Positions 11,773 through 24,900 of a stretch of 64,000 nt of DNA are shown in pieces. Each line of letters starts with the position of its first letter. Position 1 is the stretch's first letter. The notes under the pieces are model-generated. The model was not told where the DNA came from. It saw only the letters and a list, made by a program, of their open reading frames with translations, and ran no database searches. The translations under genes were made by a program, and so were the position numbers. The DNA is taken from positions 2,345,249 to 2,409,248 of the forward strand of contig BDGG01000005.1 of NCBI GenBank assembly GCA_001949185.1. Reading direction: 5' to 3'. The stretch comes from Ramazzottius varieornatus. Taxonomy: Eukaryota; Animalia; Tardigrada.

Positions 11773-12212
11773 CACGAACGGCGGGTAATTATGGGACACT
11801 AAAAATTGTGGGACAGGCCTTTTCGCTACGCCGGCACGGTCAGGTGATTCTTACTACAAGTAATAACCAGCACTGAAGGCTGCTTTGCTGTACGTACGTG
11901 CTGAATATTGAGCCAAGGAGCTGAAGATGTCAGATTATTACAGTAGATAGATCTCTGTTTTGCAGAAACATCTTTTCTTTTCGAGGAGCTTCGCTGGAAG
12001 AAAGTAAATTAACAAACCACAGTCTCGAAGCGTAAAAGTCAAACAGCTGATCGGCTGATGAGCACTGTCCCCGATAATTTTCTACGGTTAAATTTCACTA
12101 CGTTACGTCATATGCTCGATTTTCATTTCTGGCTCGCATTCCGGATGTAAATTTGCCGTCCTTTCCGCCTGTCCCATAATTTTTAGTTTCCCCTAATTAC
12201 CCGCCGTGCGTG
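11773..12212. mobile_element. MITE, 440 bp, 46-bp imperfect TIRs, probable TA TSD
   Basis: CACGAACGGCGGGTAATTATGGGACACTAAAAATTGTGGGACAGGC (11773-11818) versus the reverse complement of 12167-12212 (about 4 mismatches). Flanks are TG (left) and TA (right). Confidence 0.8.
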
Positions 12213-12966
12213 TACGTGTATATACTGATGTTGATGTATACGTAAGGTACTATACTTCCGCCATTAGTGGCACTAACACATATCCGTATTCGCGCACATG
12301 ACGGTGGAAACCGGATTAATGTATCACTTTGTTTTCCGGTGACCGTACCTCCGAGTCCAAGTTACTGTACTATATAATGATACTGTCGTCATTAGTATCG
12401 CTTCAAAGCAAAGGAGAAGTATAACCTACGCGCACCTGAAAACATGAGCCACTTGAACAGGATGCGCACGGGCTTCGTTCTTACACTTTCTCACCCATTG
12501 ACGATAAAAAATGAACAGCTGCTCAGTACAAATTTAAAAAAAACAAACAAAAACACTTTGGTTTAGCACCACAAACACGAGAACGCCGGTGCGCCATTTC
12601 GTCTCAGTATAACAGAGCACTTGTCGGTGCACACCCACAGTACAAGAGTCAAGACAGCAAAAAACCGACGAATCGACGGAGCGATTCTCTGGAATGCTTA
12701 AACCACATCGCAAAAATGAACCCAGCTTGAAACAAGAAACCATCACGGAAATGAGCTTCACACTGTCACTTCACGACCAAAACCAGCTACGAGCTCCCCA
12801 CTGTGGGTCAGTACTGGGAGAAAAAGGAAAGACCGTCTTTTGTGGTCCAAGAAGGCCGAAATGTTCCATCGTGAATCGCAGGAGCGGGAAAAGGGACAAC
12901 ACTCCAGGCTGGGGTTAGCTTGGGGTTAGAAGAGAATCCGACTTGAGATAGAGGATGTTTCAGGTA

Positions 12967-15900
12967 TCATCCATTGTCTTCGCTCGAAGAAACCCGGTGG
13001 AGCAACGGAGTACCGGATCGTGACGTTGTACCTACGAGAAATCCCACGTCAAAACCATGAATAAAAAAAAGTGACAGAAACAATGAAAAGATTAACTACC
13101 TGGAGAAGCGTGATGATTTGGTTGTCGGCGTTCCAGATGTTCTTCCAGAAGACTAGCTGAACGCCGCAACTCTTCGATCATAGACGAGGCCGAGGAAGAA
13201 TGATGTAATCTGTAAAGAGGTAAAGACACTATCAGCAACGTCCGTCATTGGCTGCTTCACCCACTGGACTGCTCCTCTTACCCTTGAAAGAGGATACGTT
13301 GAGTGGCGCTCAAGACCGCTACTGGTTCCGAGCCACGCCGCCTTTGGAAGAGCCGAGAGGGCGGAGGTTCCGCTTCTTCTTCGTCGTCCTGCGACGAAGC
13401 CGCGGCCAGGTTGGCTAGTCCGAAGGGCGGAGTCACCGGGTCCGATCTCCGTCGCATAACCAGTCGCTCGCCAGTCATGCCTCCTCCCGGATCACACAAA
13501 CTCAGGAACGGAGGAATGGACCGACGTTTCAGCAGAGGATCGCTGCTGGGGTGTGGTAATCGACTGTGCCTCCTGTCGGGCAACGGCGACTTCATCTCAG
13601 TCTCCTCTTCCTCCTTGATGTTTTTTTCGAAATACCTTGGTCCTGGAAAAAAACCCCTTCGTTATTTTTTGCAGTCAAGAAACGTCGTCCAAAAATTCTG
13701 TTAAATGATGTTCTTACTTAGGAGACCGGCAAACCTTCTCGACATGATCGTTATCTGGAGTGGCGCACGCTCCCAGCCAATACAGAAAACTGCGCCACCT
13801 GAGACATCGAGCATCCCGCGGGTTGTGTGCCGGCCTCCTCTTTCGAGCTTCAATTTCCCAAGCATTTTCAAAGTGAAGTTTATCATTTTGTTCTTGTCAA
13901 GTCGACCCTGCTTTTCGCGCGGTTCCAACCCCTTTCAACGATAACTGATGTTTGCCTTGTCAGCAGTAATCCGTACGAGGGAAAGGTTGTAAAGATAGCC
14001 GCCCCATACCGGGTTTGTAAAGTTAGCCGTCTAAGTTCGCCTGTTCTCTACTACTCAATCCCAAACTTTTAAGGATCGATCGACAGATAAAATAATGAGC
14101 TGTCCAATGGTATTAGGCACAGTCAACACGAGGAGTCAGAGAGGCCAAGAGATCCGCAATTAAAAGAACGTTGAAATCTCATGTTAAAAAGCTCATGTTA
14201 AAAAGCCAATAGTCAATCAAGCGATAGACGCTACAGCCGTGGCTAACTTTACAAACCCGATATGGGGTGGGTAAGTTTACAACCTTTACCTCGTACCTCT
14301 TGCATTGTAATCGTAATATAGTAACGATTCCCTCGTTTCACCCAATACATCCTCTTCCCCATTCTCCTTATCCTCCTCCTCGACCTCCGGGTCTTCTTCG
14401 CACAGCTCGTCGCCATCTTCCGTCAGCAGATGCTCGTCGTCGTCGAAGGATGTCTTCATGATGACGGTCAATGGCTCTTCTAAATCCACGCTGTCTTCTC
14501 TAGCGAATACCGGTCCGATCTCATCAACTTCCGAGTCGGTATCCGCCGTTACCGCCGTGGATATCCGGCTGACTTCGGTATCACAGGTCAGAGATGTGAT
14601 GCGCGACATACGTGGGGCAATGTCTTCGGTACTCCACGAGGGGGCAGGGTAGAGGACTTGCTGGAAGTGAGGTTCTTCCGCGAAGCTCACCTTATCCACG
14701 AAGGGATCACCCGACGTCGAGAAACGAACCAGCGTTTCGGAGAATACTGAGTGTCGCCTGCTGCGCGGATCTGACATTTGCTCCCGATGGAACGAAGTCC
14801 TAAAAAACCCACCGAAACCGAGACGCTGTAAACCAGTGTTCAGCTTGAAATCGAAATCTAAAGTGGCGCACGTTCACGTGGCTGTCAGCTGAGAGTTTGC
14901 GCCACTTGGGTAGGCGATCTCTTGTATTTACCTTGGTCGTTTATCACTGGATAATACTGGCGGTAGACTGTGTCTCCTCTTGGTTCCCGCAATGATGGAC
15001 CTTCTGTGTGAGTGGTAGAGCGGAAGTGTGACGGCAGGTAGTTCTGACGTCCAGGCTTTGATGTCTTCCAGCACCCTCCGCCCGATCACCTTCGCCGGTG
15101 GCTCCGGCTTAGCGCTGGTCAATTGGGCAAACTCGGCGTGTTTGGCCGCGTACTCTTCGGCCAAGTTTTCCCATTTGGCCAAATTGAGCTTGAGGTTCTT
15201 GAGCATGTTTGTGGTGAGTGCGTTGGCTACGAAGCGTTCCCACTCGGTAAAGAGTGGTCGGACGACGTACTCGATGAAGCCCACTTGAATACGTGGCAGG
15301 TTATTGGTCTTGCGATCACAGATGGCTGTTACCGGGAGGTTCAGGCGTCGCTCGCGATCACCTTGCTTGAAAAACTCGTGAACACACCTGCGATAAACAA
15401 AAAAACGAATGGGTAAACTTCAGTTTACTCGTCTATTGTGTTCAAGTTGTCCCAGTCAGGAAACCGTAGTCGAATGTCCGATCTTGTGACAATTTTCTAC
15501 GATATGCTAATCCTGGACAACATTAGTATTTTTATATCATTACAGACGTGAGACCACTGTTGGATATCGTGAACGCGCGTTTGCTTTATATCAATATTGT
15601 CATGAGCTTAGAAAATTTCCACGAACTCTTTTTCAGAATCTTTTTGACCTTGCCTAAAGTCTAGACTCTAGACTGGGTATCCTTTTTTCGTGTCAAACTG
15701 GTTATTTACCTTTGTGACCAGACGCGACTGATGGCCCACGGTCGACAGGGATTATTGATATCCGCGCATTTGAGGATAATCTGCAGAACGAACTGCCTAT
15801 CCTCCGCATCCACCATTATCTCCTCCAGTGTCTTCTTGTCGTTCAAGGTCTTGAACGAAGCGATGAGCTCCGGTTGTCTTGTGATGTCGGTGGCCAGGAT

Positions 15901-18900
15901 CATGGTCTTCATGGTCCCTTCAAACTGCACCAGCTCTTGCGGTGTCAGGCTGTCGAGAACGCCGGACTGTCTGATCAGACAGATGGAGGTTCGCCAGTGG
16001 TGGTTCTCTAATACTGACTTGTTGTGGTACAGGGCGGCCAGGTAGTTCCGTGTGCTGACCAGGAAAGGCTGGTTGACACCGGGGTGGTCCACGTCGTGGC
16101 CGGCTGCGGCGAACAAGGCACTCATAATCTCCAACTTGGACAGGTGTCGTTGGATCTGCTGCTGCTGCATGACACAGTGAAGAGCTTGTGTAACGTCAGC
16201 GGCATGGATGGAGTTATGGAAGGGATTGGTGCCGTGATAACTGGCTTCAATCATACCTACAAAGCAGAACAATCAGTCCCATGCCGTAACCCAGTCACTC
16301 GTGTGTTGCTTTTCCCTAAATAGTATAGCGTACGCCAGAAAAAATTTGATTCTTATGAATGAAAGCCAGCTACTGTAGAACAGAGGCGTATAGGAAGGGA
16401 AGTTCACCTCGCGCCGCACAATGCAATTAATCATTCGGCAGAGTTAGTCGGGGTGCTATATTATCATTGAGAGCCCGACAAACGAGCTCAACTAGATCGA
16501 TATTTCAAGTGGCGCACATTCTCGGTAACAGTGGCTAGGCGCATGCGCCACTTGGAAAACTGATCCGGTCGAGTCTGCTTACCGAGCTGTCCATTATGTC
16601 ATAATTATGGTGTCGTGTTATTATGTCATAATCATCGCTTGTCTTCCACGTTTCGACGGTTTTCACGTGTTTCTTTCAGTATCTGGTTGAGGTATCGATC
16701 GAGAAAACAAGCAAGGAAAGGTACCAGCAAGAGAAAGTGCTGTGAGCTCGAACGCCGAACGAGCATATGCAGAAATAACAGAGCTAATAACGGGACAAAA
16801 CTTTGGTTATATATTAACCGGCAATCTGCATACTGCAAAAAAGATCGATTACCACAAGCAACTAGATGAGAAAATACTAGAGCGGCGCATTCACTGAACA
16901 GAAAGGCAACAGACAGGCAAGCGAAAACAGATCGAAGCATGCGGAAAGTCTGTGGAAACGGGAGCAATTCCCCATAAGACGTCTATTTTGCATTTCAAAT
17001 AGACAAAAGCAGGCGGGTATCGATTCTGCAAGCACAAAACGAAAGGCGACAAACACATCTTATCAGGGCGGTGAAAGGCAAAAAACTGGTCAGAAAAGGG
17101 CTGTCAAGTGGCTGGAGCGGAAGGGGAAATCAATGTTCTGCTTGAATGCATGATCATGTCGATCATTGAAAGTCTATTATTATTCTCCTCATTCTCTTCG
17201 GCACGTACCAAAGCACTTCATGAGCTTGAGATGGTCCAGACGGAAATGCTGGATGAGACCGTACTCTTCGAAGAGGTGGACACCCAGGTGGAAGAGCGCG
17301 CGACCGTTGGTCAGATGGTCCAGCGTGAAGGTGTTGAAATTCCAGCTGGCCACATGCTGTAGCAAGCACGTGGCAGGACCTTGGTAGGTCTCATCGACCA
17401 GCACTCCGTTCTCCGGCTTCATGAACTTGAAACGGGAACGACGACGCTGGTAATTTTTGTGCAAACTGAAAAAGCGTCCTGAGATCACAGCGCGGCCTGT
17501 AACCAAGAAAAAAACAGCATTTTGATTAATTGTACAATACCAAACACAGCCGCTCGAAAAAGCTATCCATTACGTCACTGCTGTAATGCGAAGAGCGCAC
17601 CGCAGTGACATAATACCGGTCGGTTTTCACAGTTTTCAATGTCCATTGCCGCTAATGGCCGCTGTCCAGCCGCTAAACTAAATTTCAGAACCGGGTTAAA
17701 CTATTTCTCTAAAATTTCCCCACTTTGTTTGCTGGTTTCTTGTGATCGAGTTTTTGTCTTCGTGGGCGGTGCGATAAATTCCTGCCAGTTTCCATCAATG
17801 ACTAGCCGGAAGAAGAGCTATTTTGATCGCTGCTTCGCTGGAGCACAACGGAGCAAACGGCAAATTTGCTTGGCAAGCGCCAGACTTGAGCCTCAAATCT
17901 CTTGATGAGATCTGGACGAATGGCGTAATCCCTGTCAAGGCTATCAGGCTGCCTGTGGATCGTATCAAGCGGCATGGAAGTCCTTGAACCTGACATGCGA
18001 AAGCCCACGTATAAATCAACAGGAAATTGGAACGAGCGTAGGATAGAAGCTCACTTCCGCCCGAAGATCCCAAACTAGGTTGGGGCAGGCCGTGGTGGGA
18101 CAAAGGTGCAACTCTGCACTAACAACATGGCCTAAACCTGTTTGCGATGGCCCGCCATACTATCAGCACATTGGACACCGCGGTCAGTCCCAGGGGCAAC
18201 AAGACCTTGTACATCTGACGCGCAATACTGAAACTTTGACAACCGAATGGCCCACCACGACTAAGACAGTTGATTAGTGACTGGGCCCAAAAAGTGATAA
18301 AATAATTAGTTGTAATTAATTTTCAGAGTCAACAGATATCAATAACTCGTGACTACAGTTTTCTAACGTTCTACATACTTCCACTGGGATAAATTATCAG
18401 CAATCTCACACGAGGCTCAGGCATGGTGGAACGGAGGCGCCGTTTAGTGATAGCTGGGAGAGCGAGTACAGTTAATGGATGGTTGATTTCAGCGAATTAC
18501 AGTCATCATTACAAAAGTTTGATGGCAGCTCAATCAAACGCTGGAAAAAGCATAAAACCCGTTGACTTGACGAGCAAACAGATGTAATATTCCGCTCAAC
18601 GTCTCATCAGGTCATTATACACGCTAGATTTATGATCCTGGCGTGAGCCATCATAACAATTGATGCACATTCACGCTCGTTCGACGACGTCGCACTCGAT
18701 AATAATGAAGTCGTCGCGTTGCAAACCCCGACAGGAGCCCGTCCGATAAAGGCCGTTCAAAGATTGGGCTTCACACAAGTTGTAAAGCCTCCGAAAGTCT
18801 TGCTGGGTCGGCAGCTTTTCTTTCAAGACTGGCAACAGCGCTCACTGGAGCTCGAGGACGTTACGATGGTACGGCCAAAGTCTGCCTGCTCGCTCTCGAT

Positions 18901-21900
18901 AGCCCACGCAAATCTCGATATGCCATTCAACTTCTACTCGGCGCTATCTATTCAAGCAGACCTTATGTAATGTTTACGCCAAGCTCCGAGCACCAACTTA
19001 TGCTCAAGGAGACGGCTGCGCCCCGAGAAAAACATCACATGGCGAACAAAAAGAGAATGTCAAGGCTTCAAGCAAAATTTTCCCAGCAAGAAAACTGATA
19101 CGAAATAATCGACTCAATCAAGCCCACCACTCCGAACACCTGGTGCGCTCAATCAATCATATGGCCTGCATTATAATCAAAACCACGCCCTATAACCAAT
19201 CAAGAGTTCGTTACGGAATAAATAGTGGTCAATAAGCCAATCAGCGGCATGGGTTCATTTGCCACAGAACGTTGTGGAAATTTGATTCAGAAACGATCGA
19301 ATTCGAAGCCTGGATAAAGCTGTTTAGCTGGCAACTTGTTTTTTGTTGCCATAATTTTCTTGAAGATCTTTGGAAGCGAAATAGGAAACCAACATTCCAA
19401 AGTGATGAGAACCATCAGGCATCGTCTCCTGTTGAAGATCTGTGTGGCACTCCCGTCAATCTCGCCTCGAATGCGAGACTTTCAAGGTTTCGTATTACGC
19501 TTCGCTTCATTAAGTGCCACCCAGACGAAGATGGTGTTTCTCCCGCGTCGTAACCAGAATGGACACCCGTTATCCAATAACAATGTTGATATTGATTGAA
19601 GCAGACCATCGAGCTGTTTTCCAACTGTCAAAATCGAGTTAGCCTAAAATCAGACAGCTCTTCATCCCAGAGTAAACACGTGGAGTGATCACAGGCTATT
19701 ATTTTCGGCAAAGAAATCGAGCGGTTGCTCCCAGCTCCGAACAATCGATCGACCTGGTTCGAAGGAACGAAACGTCGCCGTGACGAACTGGGTCGAAAGT
19801 GTTATGTGTTGAGCCAGGAACCTTCCCGATTATCTATCAAAGAACAGATCTGTCATCGTACCAGCGCCATCTTTGGCGCCACCTCTTGATGTGTCCACAT
19901 ATCGACCTCGAGGTCGAGGTTCAGTGAAGTTGACGGAAACCCTTCTCCCCAAGCTTTGAACGTCGCTAATTGCCCACCCATATGGCATGGTCCTTCGCCA
20001 GGAAATGCATAAGTCGTTAATCTTCGAACACGGCTTGCGAACAAGAATCTCCTTCATGGGTCGTCCTGCGTAACAGTTAAGCCATTACGGTCTGCGAACA
20101 TGCCGATGTCGCCACCAGGTCCGACCTCACTCAATTAGCGTCTTCTGCCTTGCAAACTCTGCCAAAAGAGACAGGCTTCGGTAAGACGATAAGAAATTGT
20201 AAGGCGATTAGGAAGCCATACTCGGTCCGTAGCACCAAGTCGAACCAGTTCTCCGTCAATCAAGTCTCCATATTACGTAAAATGCATCGCTGTATAATTT
20301 ACCGCACAGAAGGTAAGGTGAAGCGTGATGGGAAATTAGTCACCTCCCCGCCCCACGACAACCCGTGTGTTTAACTTTGCGAACCACGTTTCGCAAGACC
20401 TTCCTTCGCCTGGTACACGTGTATGCCTCGCAGGGCTAACGGTTCTGTTTGCGAAAGGTGCAAAGTCAGCCATAAATGGTGTACACAGCCGACCTTGGCA
20501 CGTTTTTCGGCAAACGTGAGCTTCTAACTTTCATTTGCAATAAAGGTGTGATACGACACACTTTACTGCGCGAGCTAAACTGCTATCGTGTGCAGGGCAA
20601 GGCCCCGACGATAACTCGAGCAAAACTTCCGGTTGAACTTCCCTCACGAAATGAAGGCGCGGCTGACGACATCGGTGATATCACAATCTTACTTTTATCG
20701 CTACGAGATTTCAACACTAAAAGACAACGTCAATCTTAACCGAGTAGATAACCGTCCATCTCGATAACCTTGAAACACCCCATTTCACGTTACGGTATTT
20801 CCTCAATATTATCAACTTCAGAAGTTGTTCGTTGTGATAAAACCGATACTCGAGAAAAAATTCTCACCCTCAATCGATCACCCGAAATTCTTTTTGAAAA
20901 ATGACACGTCGCCAAGTGCATTGGAAAAGATCGGTTCCGGAAGTGGCGCACGCCTTCAATGTTATCGGCTGAATACGTGTGCCACTTGGGGAAACTATCA
21001 TGTTCAAGTCCTTTGCCGACACCCCAAATATCTTTCTGAATTCGGTGCTAAACCATGGAAGGCATATTCTAGGACCTCACGTGGTTTTTTCCCTCCCGTT
21101 TTTGTCTTCAAAGGCGTCCCTAATGGCGCTCACGAGACCTTTCGCTTATTCAACCTAATTGCAGAATTACTATTGATGGTGGCACGAGGGGTACTCACAT
21201 CTAGGCTACCTGCTAATAACCTGGAAACGTACAAGCGCTTTTGTGCACGCTTATTAGGGATGGCACGATGTACTTGCGTGCTAGCGATGATGCCCCACAG
21301 GGACCTCCCTGCACCTCCTTTCGTAATGAGCGGAAGTAACGAACCCCTGGTAAACTGAGTCGGTCGCTTGTCACGTCACATCCACCTTGGTTTTGTAAGA
21401 ACCTTCTTTCTTCAGGGTTACATGGCCTTTCAAGATAAGAAATAAAAAGCCGCGTGTAGCACGTTTCTCCGCACGACAGCTACATCTACTCACGTCATAT
21501 AATTCACCCCACAGGCGTAAAACGAATCCCTGCTCGGATCACGGTAGCAATACCTGGTCAATTGACAAACCTCTAGAGATGGAAAACGAATTGCGCTTCG
21601 AAATTTCGACCGATAATGCAAACGAAACAAAGGGTGAAAATTGGATTCTAGAGTAAAGTTTCGTTCGTACGTATCTTGAAAGTCGCTTGCTAGACAATAC
21701 GAGCCGCTTTCGGAGATTTAGATTGTACTTCGGGAGACCGTTCTTCTCCTGGTATGGGAAGATGGCCATTGTTTAACGTTCTTCTACATTACATTTCTGT
21801 ATTCGCACCGGCCACCGCGCGAAACAGTCAGATTTGTTTTCCGTGAGAAGACAGTGGTCACTTACCGCAGTGTCGGAGCTCCTCGGAGACACTGGACTGC

Positions 21901-24900
21901 TGAATGAGCGATTTCTCTTCCGCCAGGGAAGCCAAAGCCAGAGGACTGTCTTCGTGGTCCAGAGGTGATTCCGCTGGAAGATCCCCTGCAAAATCCATCA
22001 AGTATACCATTGTACTCCCCTCGAATACCAGTCCAACCCGGCTCGTTTCTGTGGTACTTCAAAATGATTTTCACGCACAGATCAAGAATATCCGTCAATA
22101 GTACGGATGATTTCGGGTGAGTGATCAACGAAACATCGCCGTCAGTCGCGCGACTTAAATCGAGGAACCATTCGAGCAGATCATGGAAGCGCTTCTCCAG
22201 CTTGTTCTATATAGTGCTGCGATGAGCCAATGTTTGCTCAGGTTAATGTGCAATAAAGTGCTTGTTAAACATGCAGGAATTCCGCTGGAGATCAGGAAAA
22301 AAGGTGCAATAACCAGCGGGTTTTCACTACTCCGTCACATTTATACACCTGGCGTCAGCAGACGATATCTTCTATCCTCATAATGTCAGCGAGACTACTG
22401 CTGTGGCTGTAACCCTCAGCGATATCTTGCAGCAGACACAGCGATATTCAACGATATTGCCCTTGTTGGCGGTTTTAGACAGTTGAGCACGCGTTGCGTA
22501 ATCCAACCTGTACGTACGGCGTCTAGCAAACCCGTTTCCGGTTGCACTGAGTCCCTCGGAGCATCGAGCAAGGCTGACAGGAAAAACACAAGAGAGCCGG
22601 CTCGTTTTCTAGAACCGGGGAAACTAGGAAAGACAGACTACCACTGCGAGGTTTTGACAATTAACTCTGGCATCGATCAATCACAACATTACGACACCTT
22701 TTCCCACGTTCAGTCGCGCATTTCACAAGGACTGAACGACTGGGTTGGCGAGTACAGTATGAGTGTTTGAAATCGAAGGTACCGAGCACGATGTGGAGAT
22801 AATGCTTAGTCTACTTGTCTGTCGGGCTAAATTGGTTCAGACTAATATTTTCATGTTTATTGAACGGAGCTTCGACCCAGTTATAACACAGTAGTTCACT
22901 ATCCTGAAATGGCTTCCAGATGGGCTAAATGTGAGAAACTAAATCGGTACAACCTAGTTATTCAACAGAGACCTCTCTGATACTTGATTGCATAGCCAGC
23001 GAAAAAACATGACTCGGTGCACACGGTGAACCGATAATGTAGAGATGCGCAAGCGACCCGTTGATCGACCTTGTTAGGGACGTTATGAGTCTCATAACAT
23101 TCGTCTCCGTTCGCGATAGCACTTTAACATGGAAACATTTGTTCAGCTAGACGTTCGATTGTCTTGTTCAAACAATTTGGCGAACGAGGTAACGGACCCA
23201 ACACCTCCTCTGTTGACATACGAGTGCCAAACGCGGGGCAGGATCAAACTTTGAATGGACATTTTTCAGAAGAGAAAATAAGTACCGATACACGTTTCTC
23301 GTACCACCGGGAACCTCCGGTTCTACTGCACTTTGCAGCGGGAAAATAATGGAAACCTGTCATCCATGTCCTGACCGAATGTGTTGACAAGTTAGTCCAC
23401 ACATACCTTGCTCTCAGAGCGTTCCATGAAATTTGAAATTTGAAACCTTTTGAAGCCATACAATCTCGGGGTTTTTCCTCCTTTCGTTTGCCACCGTTAT
23501 CGCGCGAGATTCCCTTGCAACAACTTCTCATCAGGACATCGCATGGACAGGGATGGGATATCTCAGAGACGGTCTTCTGTTCAATACGGACCAGACCAGG
23601 GCTACAGCTCTGGTTTCAGTCGCCAAACCGGCATAATTCGACCGACATCGACCGGCAGGATCGGCAGAAACAAGCCAATTAAATTTTGGGTCAGGACAAA
23701 AAGTACTTACGTCGTATCCTGACTTCCAAAATGCCTTGAGTATTCCGAGAAATGTGTACGTTTGGTCGCGTGATCGTCTGCAACAATGAGAAAACCAAGG
23801 TCAAACTGGCATTCAAGTCCCCCAGATGTTGTATTCAAAAACACTCCAAACTCGTTGGATATGGCTTAAATTGCCAATTTTTATCAACACCAGTTTGCTA
23901 AGACTTCAAAACAACTTTAATCAAGATCTCTATGCACGTGTGGAAAATCTTCGAAAAGCTGACAACAAGCTTGATCGGAAAAACGGTCAAAACCAACAAC
24001 AGTACAAGGTTTCATCCAAGTTGGCTGCTTTTGTACAAAGTCCGCGCTGGCATGGAAGGACCATCGACATTTGTTTACTGTGATGAGCCAGATAAGTACG
24101 GTGGTTGGACATTGTCATCCAAGCGGAAAAGGAGCTTTGTGGTAGATCCAGCAAAGTAGAACGGGACAATGAAGGCTTTACATTGCAAAGTGGGCAATTT
24201 TCACTTCAAAAGTGACCTGAAACGGTCAGGCGCATCGTCAACCTAATGACCGATTTCACAGATCACAAGTGTGGTCTCTATTCTGCACCATTTAGTTCTC
24301 GATGATGTCTGGAGACCCACGATTTGACATTCGAAATCAGCTCAACGACGTGGGGACCTCGTGAAGAGCCACTGCCGAGACCCGATAAGTTTTTAGCGCA
24401 GAGGAAAAACGGGTCAATCGGGAACAGTGATCCCACACTATACCTCATTCATATCTGTTCAAATAAGCTTTCAGTCTGGCTAACTGGGCCAAATTGTCAT
24501 AGAAATTGTCCATATCGGTTTTCGTTTCACTGTATCGATATTGCTTCAACTAGGTTGGATAAACACAAACTCTGTACTTTGTATGATCAAATTATAAGCA
24601 TGTTTGGATAGGCCATCTCCCCATCCTAATTGTCATACAAAGTTGAGGCGGCTCTTCGTGATGTCTCTGTTGTCGAGGTCAGCTGAAAACTGAAACGGGA
24701 ATCCACGTCGCTTCGGGATCTAAAAGTTCCCTTGATAGGTGGCGTTCGAATCACGATCCCCTAAAGCTGGCAGCAGCTACAGTGTATTTACGTACAAGGC
24801 AAAAAGGCGAAGATATAATGCCGTAAATCGCAGTACAGTGCTCGGTAATTATCCGCCCCCTCCCTTACTAACATTCGAAAAAGCTTTCATAACTATCGGA

